Shown: piece after piece, positions 13,015 to 24,976 of the stretch
How the letters are laid out: every line of letters starts with the position of its first letter
Position numbering within the stretch: position 1 is the stretch's first letter
NCBI RefSeq assembly: GCF_006345805.1
Contig: NC_043018.1
Span: forward strand, 12,586,001 to 12,650,000
Source of the DNA: Octopus sinensis
Taxonomy: Eukaryota
Direction of reading: 5' to 3'
DNA length: 64,000 bases
The notes under the pieces: model-generated
Told to the model about the DNA's origin: nothing
Seen by the model: the letters and a program-made list of their open reading frames with translations, nothing else
The model's database searches: none
Translations under genes and position numbers: made by a program

Positions 13015-13600
13015 AGCCTAGCAGTTAGGGTGTGGTACTCAGGATTGCATTATTTTTTTTTTTCAGACCAGCTGTGCATTTTACTCTTGAGCAGAATTCT
13101 TCCCTTCATATTGCTCCAGTCCACTCGTAGTGAATAACTCTACAACAGAATGGGGGTCAGTTTAGGAGGAATGTTGGTCTGCATGCCTAGCCAACAATGT
13201 AACAACAGTATTTGAAAGTTACGGCAATGAGAGGAAGTGCATTGTGACTAGCGGTGTATATAACAACATCCAGTAGTCTGGTCATTACAGTAATATATAT
13301 AACTGGCACCCCATCAGTACGACAATGAAGGTTCCAGTTGAATGGATTGGTGGAACAGCCTGCTTATGAAGTTAATGCGCAAGTGGCTGAGCACTCCATC
13401 CTTAACATGGTTCTCAAAGATATTTAGCATGACACAGAATGTGGCAAATCTGGCCTTTTCAAATACGGGAACTCCTCGTTTTTGCCAGCTGAGTGGACTG
13501 GGGCAACATGAAAGAAACTGTCTTGCCCAATGTTGTGCCACCAGGTATTGAACTCTTGAATTTATGATTGTGAGGTGAATACCCTAACCACTTCACCATG
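13015..13600. mobile_element. Two opposite-orientation tRNA-head SINEs
   Basis: GCTCCAGTCCACTC core on + (about 13113) and its reverse complement GAGTGGACTGGGGC (about 13491); homologues near 7750, 26350 and 44700-45010. Confidence 0.6.
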
Positions 13601-13620
13601 TACATATATATATATATTTA

Positions 13621-13652
<32 letters not shown>

Positions 13653-13705
13653 AATATTAGGGAGTATAATGTGAGGTGAATACCCTAACCACTTCACCAT
13701 GTACA

Positions 13706-13737
<32 letters not shown>

Positions 13738-13919
13738 AATATTAGGGAGTATAACTCCAAACTTACAGGGAACAATTCAATTTAGTATTAAATCAAATTT
13801 CACAATATAAATATATAATATATATAAATTAGAGATAAAACCACTATTATGCAACTCAAACAGTGATAGACATAAACCAATGCATAAAGAACAAATAATA
13901 TATATATATATATATATAT

Positions 13920-14075
13920 ACCGGAGTAAACACATAAATGTGAAACAAGGTGGAGAAAAGAGTACTCAAATACCAGTGGTAGAGTAATATGCTTTATTTA
14001 AAGCAGCAGAAAATTCAACAAAACCTGTTGCTCTGAGTTTCCCGTTGCCGTTCATCGGACAGTTTTTGCTAGAAT
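13920..14075 (-). mobile_element. Short repeat remnant with a degenerate minimal hammerhead-like motif (Penelope pseudo-LTR-like)
   Basis: Minus strand 14066-14020: CTGT-CCGATGA-A-CG-GCAA-CG-G-GAAA-CTC-A-GAG-CA-ACAG. Confidence 0.5.
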
Positions 14076-14494
14076 GGAACCGATAATGAAACCTCAAATT
14101 CTACCGCCCCTGCTTGAACTGCTTACAACACAAATCAATGGGGAACCTCTGTATAATTGTTCAATCTGCTCTAAATAGCAGCCAAATCTCCATTAAATCA
14201 CACCATCTTGAATAATAAAAGACCATATTAGATTCTGTAGACCTACATTATTTCAAAAATTTTGCCATAAAGGTATGACACAGCGTAGCTTGTGGGCTGG
14301 ACAAAAGCATTGATGAGGTAAATGATGAACAAAAGATGATATTAATGGGAGAAGACAAAAAACACCTGCCGATTTTTTGCTTCCCTAAAACATTCTCTTT
14401 CTTTTTTCACAGAAAAAAGACAAAACGAGGTATTGAACCTCTTACTTCAGTTTTACAATTATTGGATTAATAGTCCATTTAAAAATTGGGGTGT

Positions 14495-14690
14495 TAAGTG
14501 GCTGCAAAGAATCTCGGGACAACATTGGGCATCAACAAGATCAGTGACAAAATAAGATGCAGACACTGGAACTGGATGAGATACATCTTGGGGCAAGTTC
14601 GAGAAAGTGATTGTATGGTGTCACTAAAGTGGCAACCTGAGGGGAAAAGAGCCGCTGGGTGCCCTAAATCCACTGGTGTTGTTTAATCCC
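14495..14690 (+). mobile_element. RTE-like LINE 3' fragment
   Basis: IRCRHWNWMRYIL...LKWQPEGKRAAGCPKST resembles the RTE C-terminal WxGHxxR...GxRxxGRP motif. Confidence 0.6.
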
Positions 14691-17009
14691 AGGTCAACCT
14701 TAATTGTGCAGACCTATGATCAGAAGAATTCCAGCCATGACCATCTCATTATTTAAGGGAATATAGTACCGCCTTCACCAGTATATTCTTCTATGTTTGA
14801 GAGGAAGATGCTTGATTTGAGGAAAATTTGGCTTCTATTTCTAGCAGGCTGAGCAACCAAGAAGGAACCCCTCTATTGGCTCTGCTAGGGCTACTGTTGT
14901 TGACCAGGGAGTTGCACCACCTATATTTGACATCTATGTACATTAAGCCAACAGGCATGGTTATGTGATAAGAAGTTTGCTTCCCAGCAACATGGCTCCA
15001 GGTTTAGTCTAATCACCTGGCACCTTGAGCAAGTGTCTCATATAGCCTCAGGCTGTCCAAAGCTTTGTGGATGGATGTGGTAGGCAGAAACTGAAAGTAC
15101 TAGGGGGTCGGGTCGATTCAGTCAACCAAAAACTCTTCAAGGCAGTCCTCCAGCAGAATGGCTGAAACAATTAAGAGGTAAAATTTTAACTATTACACTA
15201 TATTTTGGTCAGTTTCATCTCGGATCGTTAACAGGTATTTTATTCTTGGATGGGCAGAAAGAATCAGACCGAAAAGCTTTTTTTATTTTTAGACTGAGAG
15301 TAATAATACTATTAACAACTGTGATTCAACATGCAGATGTTCTGTTGTGGAGGTGGCAGTGGTGGTGGTGGTGATGGTGGTTGGTGTCTCGAACCAGTTT
15401 AGTAAACAACGAAGGTTAGTGAAATGGTAGAGGGGGGTGGGACCCTCATCATCATCACCATCATTATTTGACAGCTGTTTTCCATGCCGGTATTGGTTGG
15501 ATGGTTTGACAGGAGCTGGCAAGCCGGAGAGCAGCACCAGGGGCCAAATGTCTGCTTTGGGTTGGTTTCTACGGCTGGATGCCCTTCCCTAACACCAACC
15601 ACTTTGCAGAGTGTCCTGGGTGCTTTTTCTGTGACACCAATATGGGAACTTTTTTTCACCAGCACAGGTGCTTTATCTGTGGTACCATTGTGGGTACTTT
15701 CTACATGGCACCAGCACGGGTGCTTTTATAAGTGGCACCAGCATGGGTTCATTTTACATGGCACCAGCACAGGTGCATTTTTATATGGCACCATCATTAC
15801 ATAACAATTATAGTTTTTAATAGTTAAATGACATTTTCAAAAGACTGACCTTTAAATTAAAATATCATTACAAAATTCTTTAAAAAAATCAATATATCTT
15901 AAGTAGGCAGCAAAAGAAGTTTCAAGTCAAAAAATTTCTTTTATTCTTTAGTTTCTGCATATCCCAAGTTTATCTCAGCAGAAATATTTCTAATTCATCA
16001 TCATCATCATCACCACCATCATAATTACCATCATCATCATCTCCATCACCATGGTTTTAATGTTCACATCAGACAAGTATGCAATATGACAATGCCTCTT
16101 CAATGCTGCTTTAGTTAATCCCAGATGATGATGATGATGACAAAGTGGGAGTCATGGTGATGATTGCCACTTCATTATCATCACTCTACAGAGTGTCTTG
16201 GGTACTTTTTTCAAGGCACCAGCACTAGTGAGGTTACTAAGCAACTCGCAAGACAAAACCCTTTGACAAGAGTAGGGGTACAGTATTGAGGGTAGTGATC
16301 TGTGCCAAATGTTGAGAGGCTAAAGTATGATAAAGAGACAGGAACATTTTGCCGTTTTGTTGAGAAGATCCATGGATAGACTGGCAGGAAAGTCGGAAAG
16401 GATGGTGGGAATGAGATGTCCTCAAAATACAAGAAGGTGGATAGAGCAAGCTCTGCAAATATTCTACCACAAGATTGTGGTATGTTTTAACCCTATGTTC
16501 ATCATTCATTTACATTGCATGTTCTTACCAGAAACTGGCATCCTATCCAAGGGTAGATTAATCTCACATCTACTTAATTCTATGTCTAGCAGCTGACTTG
16601 ATAAAAAGCCCAGGAGATCATCCTTTACCTTTCCAACAACAACTGTGACCACATTTTTGAATTCAATATCTCTACTGCTCGTAAGGTGGCCAGCTGGCAG
16701 AATTGTTAGCAGCATTTCATCTATCTTTATGCCCTGAGTTCAAGTTCCACCAATGTCAACTTTACCTTTCATCTCTTTGGGGTTGATTAAATAAGTAGCA
16801 GTTGAACATTGGGGTTAATTTCCCTACTCCTAGATTTGTTGGCCTTGTGCCAAAATTTGAATCCAGCCTCTCTATTGCTTATTGGGGTGGCAAGCTGACA
16901 GAATCATTAGCACACCAGACTAGCAGCTTTTCATCTGTCTTTACATTCAAATTCTATTGAGGTCAACTTTGCCTTTCATCCTTCTGTTAATAAGTACAAA
17001 TTGATACAG

Positions 17010-17790
17010 TTCTATATTTAAGAGATGAGGAATTATTTACATTTGATGGATATTTGTCCTCATCTTGTTTGTTGTTAACACAACATTTCAGCTGATATAC
17101 CCTCCAGCCTTCATCAAGTGTCTTAGGGAACTTTCAAACCTGGGTTCTCATTCCTAAGGTACTTTTCGATGTTGGCGTCATTATTCAGGTCACTGCTTAG
17201 AATTGAACTCAGAATCTTGGGATTAGCAGCATGCACTCTTAACCACTATGCCATATGCCCGTGGGTAATTATGGAGTGAATTTTAGGATTTATAAATCTA
17301 ATGTTCTCCTATCCTTCCTTAATACTGGTTCCCATATGCTGTTCCTATCTGCACTCGATCTGCTTAGGAGGTTGTTGTGTCCTAGCATATGTGCTGCTTC
17401 TTTTAGTTTTCATATTTTCCAGTGGTTTTCTCTGTCTATTATTTTAACTTCATCCCACAGGGGGAGGTGGTCTCCATTTTTCCAGATTTATCCATATCTC
17501 CCGGTGTCACTGCTTTGCGATGTTCCTCTACCCTTATTTTGAGGGGGCAGCATGTTTTGCCTTTGTATAACCTACCACAGCTGCATGGGATAGAGTACAC
17601 ACAGTTTTTGGTCAAATTCTCTTCTATTGGTGGTTTTACTTGAAGGAGATATTTGCGAAGTGTTGTATAACTTTTGAATACTGTCCTGACAACAACAAGA
17701 CACCTGATGAAGGCTGCAGGGTATATCAGCTGAAACGTGTGAACAACAAACAAGATGAGGACAAATATTTGTTAAATGTAAATAATTTAA
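17010..17790 (-). mobile_element. Penelope-like element remnant (GIY-YIG end, tRNA-like segment, hammerhead-like terminal repeat, inverted copy)
   Basis: RTVFKSYTTLRKYLLQVKPP...NCVYSIPCSCGRLYKGKTCCPLKIRVEEHRK is a PLE GIY-YIG pattern; inverted repeats 17031-17124 and 17697-17787. Confidence 0.8.
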
Positions 17791-18459
17791 GTACCAATTG
17801 AGTACTAGGGTCGATGTAAATGACTCCCCCCCCACACACACACACCCAATTGCTGGCTTTGTGCTAAAATTTGAATTCAATATCTCTTCCGCTCATGGAC
17901 ATGCTTATAAAATCAATAAAACAGCATAACTTCCATGACTTTTGGAAATGCCTCTTCACACCCAGAATTACCATAACCTACATTAGTGTTTAATTGTCAA
18001 GACACTATGTCTTTCAAAAAAGTTTCTGCTACCAAAAAATTGGCCAAAACTATTCTTCATGTACCTAAGGACCTGTTTGTATTTTATTCCGTGGACTTTT
18101 GGATTTGGATGCCACTCTCTGGTTCCTCTTTTATCTCTTTCCGACAAGCTGTGGTGCACCTGAGCACAATAAGTTCATTATTGGTTTCAAATTTTAGCAC
18201 AAGGCTAGCGATTATGTTAGCAGGGGCAAGTCAATTACATTGACCCTGGTACTTATGAAAACATCCCCAAAAGGATGAAAGGCAAAAGTAACCTCACTGG
18301 CATTTAAACTCAGAATGTAAAGGTGGAAGAAATGTCACTAAGTATTTCATTTGGCACATGAAGGACTCTGGCAGCTCGCCCACTCTTAACTTTATACACT
18401 AAGCTCAGTATTATGTAATAATCACTAGTTCCCTGCCCATAAAATGGAAGGCCTTGTGA

Positions 18460-18847
18460 TTATACTCTTTTACTTGTTTCAGTCATTTTCACTGTGGCCA
18501 TACTGAAGCACCACCTTTAGTCGAGGAAATCAACCCCAGGACTTATTCTTTGTAAGCCTGGTATTTATTCTATCGGCCTCTTTTGCCGAACCACTTAGTT
18601 ACAAGGACGTAAATACACCAGCATCAGTTGTCAAGCGATGTTCGGGGGGTGGGGGACAAACACAGACACACATACATATATACGACGGGCTTCTTTCAGT
18701 TTCTGTCTACCAAATCCACTCACAAGGATTTGGTTGACCCGAGGCTATAGTAGAAGACACTTGCCCAAGGTGCCACGCAGTGGGATTGAACCCGGAACCA
18801 TGTGGTTCATAAGTAAGCTACTTACCACACAGCCACTCCAACATCTT
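18460..18847 (-). mobile_element. Full-length tRNA-derived SINE
   Basis: Head, microsatellite and stem-loop tail collinear with 28549-28950. Confidence 0.85.
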
Positions 18848-18937
18848 AAAAATATGGAATGCTTCACGAATTTGCATGTCATCCTTGCGCAGGGGCCATG
18901 CTAATCATCTCTGTATTGTTCCAATTTTAGAATATGT
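18848..18937 (-). pseudogene. RNU6: U6 snRNA pseudogene (5' stem-loop absent or degraded)
   Basis: Minus strand reads ACATATTCTAAAATTGGAACAATACAGAGATGATTAGCATGGCCCCTGCGCAAGGATGACATGCAAATTCGTGAAGCATTCCATATTTTT, i.e. U6 with ACAGAGA box; most changes are CpG transitions. Confidence 0.93.
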
Positions 18938-18989
18938 ACCACCACAGCTAGTAAGTAGCTTATAGGAGAGAGAAAAATATTATTAAATG

Positions 18990-19300
18990 AGAGCTATAGT
19001 GGTGCCCCTTTACATTTTCTCTTTTTACTTGTTGCTCAAATGCATAAACTGACTCTTCCATGTATAATATAATAAACTCGACAGAGACACAGTGCAGTAT
19101 CAGCATCGCCACTTTTTGAAAACTTTGCGTAGGGCTCTGAGCAAGCATTGCCAAACTTTTGGAAAAATTTGATGCAGATTCTCTGCTCACCTTTCTCTGT
19201 TATATTCATTGCAACAATCACATGCTACACACCTTCCTTTCAAGCACTGCTGTAAACAGCAGAAGTGAGCTGGAACATTAAAACTTATTGCACATGCACA
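18990..19300 (-). mobile_element. Tc1/mariner transposase N-terminal remnant
   Basis: EQRICIKFFQKFGNACSEPYAKF resembles the mariner N-terminal HTH start EQRxxIKF..KLGKxxxET; degenerate. Confidence 0.65.
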
Positions 19301-20164
19301 GCAGAGTTCAAGGTCAATCTGTGTCAAGTGGCTTCACTCTCCATGCTTTAGCTTTGTTACTATGGCAACAGTCTGGATACTTATTGATCAGACCATGTAC
19401 ATTTGGTAAAACTGCAGTTCAGGAGTTTTGGGGAGCATGGAATCACCCCTTCATTACCATTACTCCCAGGTCTATTCTGAGCTGGCACAATAGTATCTGC
19501 CAGGATCCCATCAATGGGTTGAACCGATTTCCCAAGAGTAGAGGAAGCTCCTGTTATTCTTGACAAAGCCACAGGGAAGGCAGCTCTTGGAGGCAAAAGA
19601 TACTATGGCAAAACTTGCAGTCAAAATAGTACCAGTTATCCTGCAATGCTTGTTAGTGCGATCTAATATGGCAATCAAGAAAGTGGCAAAAGCATTGTAT
19701 AAGCTTTTGTCACTTAAACCCAATAATGTCCCGATGTCTCACTATCATTTAATTTGTTGGTTGAATGTGAGATAGTTCTCATCTGGCAAAAATGAGGCTG
19801 TCATCATGTATACATGTGTGTACCCTTGTCTTGATGAAGGTACACACATGAGGGTCGTAAATGAGCAGCAAGGTCGTTCAAGCAATGTTATTTATTCTAG
19901 TCTTTTGTGAAAAACATGTCTGGCCAAGGGGAAATATTAATTTCCTTGGAGATAGGTGAAGGTTGATGACTGGAAGGGCATCTGGTCATAGAAAATATGC
20001 TTCATAAATTCAGTGTGGTCCATGAAAGTAAAGAAATATAGACATTAAACAACGATGATGATAAGAATTGTTCAGTTCTCTAATCAATTTATCATATTTT
20101 TACAGCTAAGATAGAATTACTGTTATCAGTTAGGTGTCTTCTTTTGCAATGCTGATGTTTGGTA

Positions 20165-20430
20165 AGCAATATATAGGTATGACTATGTGCTAAGAGGTTT
20201 GCGTTTCAGCCACACGTTTCTGGGTTCAGTAGAATTGCATGGTACCTTGTGCAGGTGTCTTCTGTTATTGCTCTCTGCCAACTAAAGCCTTCTGGCCATG
20301 GGGAAATATCACCTTGCATGGATACAAATGAGGGTTGACGATAGGAAGGGCATCCACCTGTAGGAAATCTACCTCAAAATCTGTCTGGCCCATGCAAGTA
20401 TGGAAAAATGGACGTTAAATAATGATGATA
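20165..20430 (+). mobile_element. tRNA-head SINE with RTE-type tail
   Basis: Head like 28549, then GGCCATGGGGAAATATCACC...ATGGAAAAATGGACGTTAAATAATGATGAT. Confidence 0.65.
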
Positions 20431-20699
20431 GTAATAAACACTCACTAAAAATGGTCACTGGTAGGTTAGAGATTGTATGCATTACTGGAATAATAATTGG
20501 GTGGGAAACATAAAAGATTTCTATTGATGTATCCTTTAAAAGAAGGTAAAAACCAGTATTTCAGGTGAGTCTTTAGCAAAATAAAGTTAGTCTCTATTTC
20601 TCTACGTACCAAAATCCAATGGCTACCTGTGACTTAACTTAAATTATACCATAGTTCCAAAATATTGAATTTCGTTGACTTATTACTAGACCAATTTTT

Positions 20700-23600
20700 G
20701 CCGTTTTTGTAATATATTCAAAGGTGAATTAACTGATCCGTGATATGCCATTGGTATATCAATAACGATTCTGATGAAAGGCGCCTTAAATCAGTCTTCT
20801 TGCTAAAGAGAATTTATGAATTTTATTTTAACTTGGCAATGAGCATCTTTTGTTCCGTCTCTCACCTCCACCATCTCTCTGTTCCCTCTTGTTTCTGTGA
20901 TGGAAGAGGATAGCGCACTTAAATCGAGTTTTTCGATATTAATGTTCTATTAGAACTTGGGATCTTTTCCTTTCGACAATAAACAGACGGGCGGTTAAAA
21001 AAAACAAAACAACAACCCTAAGTGCTTCTGACAGAATTTGAACTCAGAAGCATTTCGTCCAGCGTTCATTGCGGTTTTGACATTATTTTCCTTTTTCTGT
21101 ATTTTCTCAAATTCATCATTTATTTTTCAGAAATCTATTGTCGATGTCATGCGCCAGCCGAAGACCATATTTCACTTTTCTTAATATGAATTTAGATAAT
21201 TAAGAGAAACCTCTGTTACGAATAAACATTATAAGTTCAATGAAACTAGAATGGATTCGATTGTTCCTAATTAATAATTTACTATTTTGTTTTCTTTACA
21301 TATATTTAATAGTTTATTATCCACGGTCAAACGAGAGAAAGTAGTTTCACCGAGAACAAAGTCTGTTTATTGTGTTGAAAACCCCGCCATGTAACGCTTA
21401 ATTAAACGTCGTTTTTTTTTCACCAACAAAAATAACGGACGACGACCGAGAACCGACGTCGGTTCTCCGTTTGAATTTCATTTATTTTGCGAACTTCCCA
21501 GCGAAACGCTGGACTGGAATAAATTTGGCCAACGCCGTCACCTTTACTGCACACGGGTATATATATATAAATAAATATATATATATATATACATACATTT
21601 ATAAACGTATGTGTGTGTGTGTGTCTGATTAATAAGAGTTTCGATATTTTCTTTAATGTTTGACAAGGATTTGAAAGTCAATTTGTGGTGAAATAATATT
21701 GTTGCATTTTAACAGCACCATGCTGGCTAATTATTAAGCAGGTAATTACAATTACTAGAACTGAAAGGTGAGCGGTAGAATGTGTCAATAAGTTAGTTCG
21801 TAAATAAAGTTTGTTAGTCATGACTAATATGCTGATGTTTTTCCGTTTCTACATTTATTTAAATACTAAACCATTCCTATTCGCGGGTTATAATGTCCTA
21901 GTCTTTCACCACATATTTACAACCGCTTCCCTGCTATCTTACAATATACTAAGCTTGAGAGAAGAACATTCTGACACGTTATTTTATTATAAAGGAATCT
22001 GTTGTGTTGTTTGTTTTAGTTGAGATTTCTTTGTTTGGTTTCAACCCCCAAGTTTCCCGCCGATTTAAAAGCAGCGGGCTGCAGTGAATGAAAGCAACAT
22101 CTCTGAGAGATTAAAATACAAATTCTATGATATTTATTTTTAACGGATATAGTGGAAAATTTTATCGCAAAAATTCTTTCTCAATATCTTAACCATGCTT
22201 TCGATAAAGGAAATTGAAAAGGTAAATTTTCGAGAATGCTGACTTTATTTTCCCAAAATATCAACCAATGAAGCATGAGAGGAAAATTTCGTAGAAGCAA
22301 TATATGATGGCGGCGAGCTCGTTTGTTTGAGGTTAAGCTGTTACAATTGTCACATAAATTCAGGTCAGTCCGAACCACCTTGTTGTTGGAATCGTAAATA
22401 TTCAATGTTTGTGTCGCCCCGTTTGCAAGGAGTCGCAATATGTCTGTGACGGTGACTCCTCAACTGCGGTTATTTGTTTTAATTGTTGTGGTTTCTCTCT
22501 TATTTTTCCTCTCTCCAATGTCTTCGTAGCACCGCACACACACACACACACACACTCACACACACTCACGCATACATACAGACACACACACACACACACT
22601 GAATAGAGAATGAAATGAAGTCTTGTGGATAGAGAAAGCTTTGGAAGTGGAACGAGAGAGAAAGAGATGGTGATTGTGGCACCAACGCAAGGACAACAGG
22701 GTTTGTCTTTATACATTTTCAAATTCCCTGCCATTCCGGCCGCCAAGTCTTTCCGTTACACTCCTCGATGCTTTCACATCTTTAAATCTCCATGATCTGG
22801 GCCATCTTCCATTAATCTATTTCTCTCTTAAATATTTATTTTCACACCATTTCGCTTTCCTTTTTCCTTCTCTTTTTACATTTATTTACCTTTCAAATCT
22901 TCCAATCAACCTCATGCTCTCTCATTTTAACCCAACAACACATTCGTTTCTCTCTTATTTTTTGCGTTTTACTTACGTCTTTCACTTAATTTATAAATTT
23001 GAATCCAATATTTACTGGTCAGGATTAGATTTAGACATTACACAGAGATTTTATTTATATATACAGATGTATATACTTTATATACACTTAATATAGATGT
23101 ATATACTTTATATACACATAATATAGATGTATATACTTTATATACACTTAATATAGATGTATATACTTTATATATGTATATATAGATTGCATAAATATAG
23201 TTTGTATCTATAGATTATTTATATATAAAGGCATCAGTCACTTAAATCTGTGTTGTGTACAAAATATATCGATTTTAGATGAATTGTTTTGAAATGGTAA
23301 TAACAATTTCTGTGAGCTTCATGCTTTCGCAGCATTTTGTGGCAATTAACTGATTTCACGAATACAAACTTTTTGTTTATTTACGTTGATTTTTTAAAAA
23401 ATCTTAATATTTTTGCGAAATTCAAATTTTTACCCTAATTCTAAAAATGTTTTTAATTTCCAAGGTTTCTTCCTTGTGTTAGGGTTTTTCTTTTATGAGA
23501 AATAACTTTTGCCAAACTGTTGAGATCGATCGAAGTTCAGCCTGTGGCTGTTTCCCCATTATTTCTGTTCGAAATCAAAGCAAACAGTTTGTGTGGCTGT

Positions 23601-24900
23601 TTCCTTTTCGTAAATACAAGTCGTGTGTGCTTGGCTTGGATGAGGCTGGTCAACAGCTTCAGGCGAGCATCCATCCATCCACCAGTGTGTGTGATGCCAG
23701 AGAAAAGCCCTCTCTCTCTCCCACAAACGGCCTCACTGGTGGTGGTGGCTCGTTTGCTGTTTATTATTCTTGCCAGCTCCAAGTAGTAGTAGTAGTAGCA
23801 GCAGCAGCAGCACGGCCGAAACACAACAAACCAATCTTACGACTACTACCTGATTTGGGGGAAAGAGATGGTGGTGTGTGTGAGCGATTCGGCCCCCGCC
23901 TCCTCCGCTACAGTCGTCGCCGTCGTCTCTGGCACTATTTACTGAAAGAGGAACAGATTGGCCAACCAATACGACATTCTCCACATACGTGTGCGCCTGA
24001 CACAGACAAGGGTACATTTTAACGTGCAACGTTGCTTTTTCTTCCGCTTTTAAAGGCTGAATGCCAATGCAAGGGCATTTAGGAATGTGTTCTTTGAGCG
24101 GCAAAGGGTTAACGAGGAAATGTATAGGAATTAGTGATTTTCATGCCTTCATCAAAAGGTTTTGCGGGACTCGGTGCAGCGTTATATTTATATAAACTGA
24201 TGCTATTATCTATCTATCCTTACATCCACGTAGAATATCTTTCAAACCTATCGCTGCCAGCACTCTCACCTGTTGTAGTTGTGTAACAACTAAACGATTG
24301 CGAAAATATAATCTTGAAAACCGTTTTTTTGCCTTGTCAAATGCTTTTATGAGGACCATTTTTCTGGAATGTGAAATGTTTCATTTGAAGTGAGAGTGAA
24401 CTTTTCCTGTGACTGAGGAAGTGTTTTTCTCTTTTTCAATTAATGATTGCCCTCGCTTCCACTTTCCCTTACGTACACAATTTCTTTTTTTAATGTCAAG
24501 TGTTTAATTGTTAATTTTTATATTTGTTAACAATGGCAGGTCGGAAGTCTTTATTAGATTCGTATTATTTCTCCATTGAAGCCATTTCATTAGATTTTCG
24601 CTCGCATTTCGAGTGGAGGGTAAATCTCGATTTTGAAGTGACGCTTTTTTGGCGCCGTCTTCGCTCGCGCTTCCATTACGGCGACTGCAGCCACGATTGT
24701 TGCTTCCAATTTTCCCATAATACTAGAAAAGCAATTGTAGTAAATCTAAACGAATATGCAGATAAGATCACAGCCTTAATAACAAGTATCCTGTCATTAA
24801 GAATATAATGGCTTGGCTAACTTCCCACTTTCAATATCCTGCAACGGCGCAGGATATTGTTTACTCATTCAATCTCGTGTAGTTTCCAAGACATTTGAAG
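20700..24900. promoter_or_regulatory. CpG-rich, mostly non-repetitive promoter-like region
   Basis: CpG density visibly above the flanking gene bodies; YY1-like ATGGCGGC 22307-22314, GC box 23894-23900, ATTGG/CCAAT 23957-23970, ETS CGGAAGT 24542-24548, E2F-like TTTTGGCGCC 24647-24656. Confidence 0.55.
23061..23175. repeat. 30-bp tandem repeat, about 4 copies
   Basis: ATATAGATGTATATACTTTATATACACTTA units. Confidence 0.85.
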
Positions 24901-24935
24901 TACAAAAGGCACTAATGTCAGTGAGGAAAAATTAC

Positions 24936-24976
<41 letters not shown>

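Noticed and set aside
18848-18937. Functional U6 gene
   Set aside because: 5' stem-loop lost or degraded, CpG-decay substitutions, a change next to the ACAGAGA box, and fusion to a SINE
23495-24022. 175-aa ORF in the CpG-rich zone
   Set aside because: Includes (GTA)n(GCA)n-derived VVVVV/AAAAA, has no domain or splice support, and overlaps promoter-like motifs
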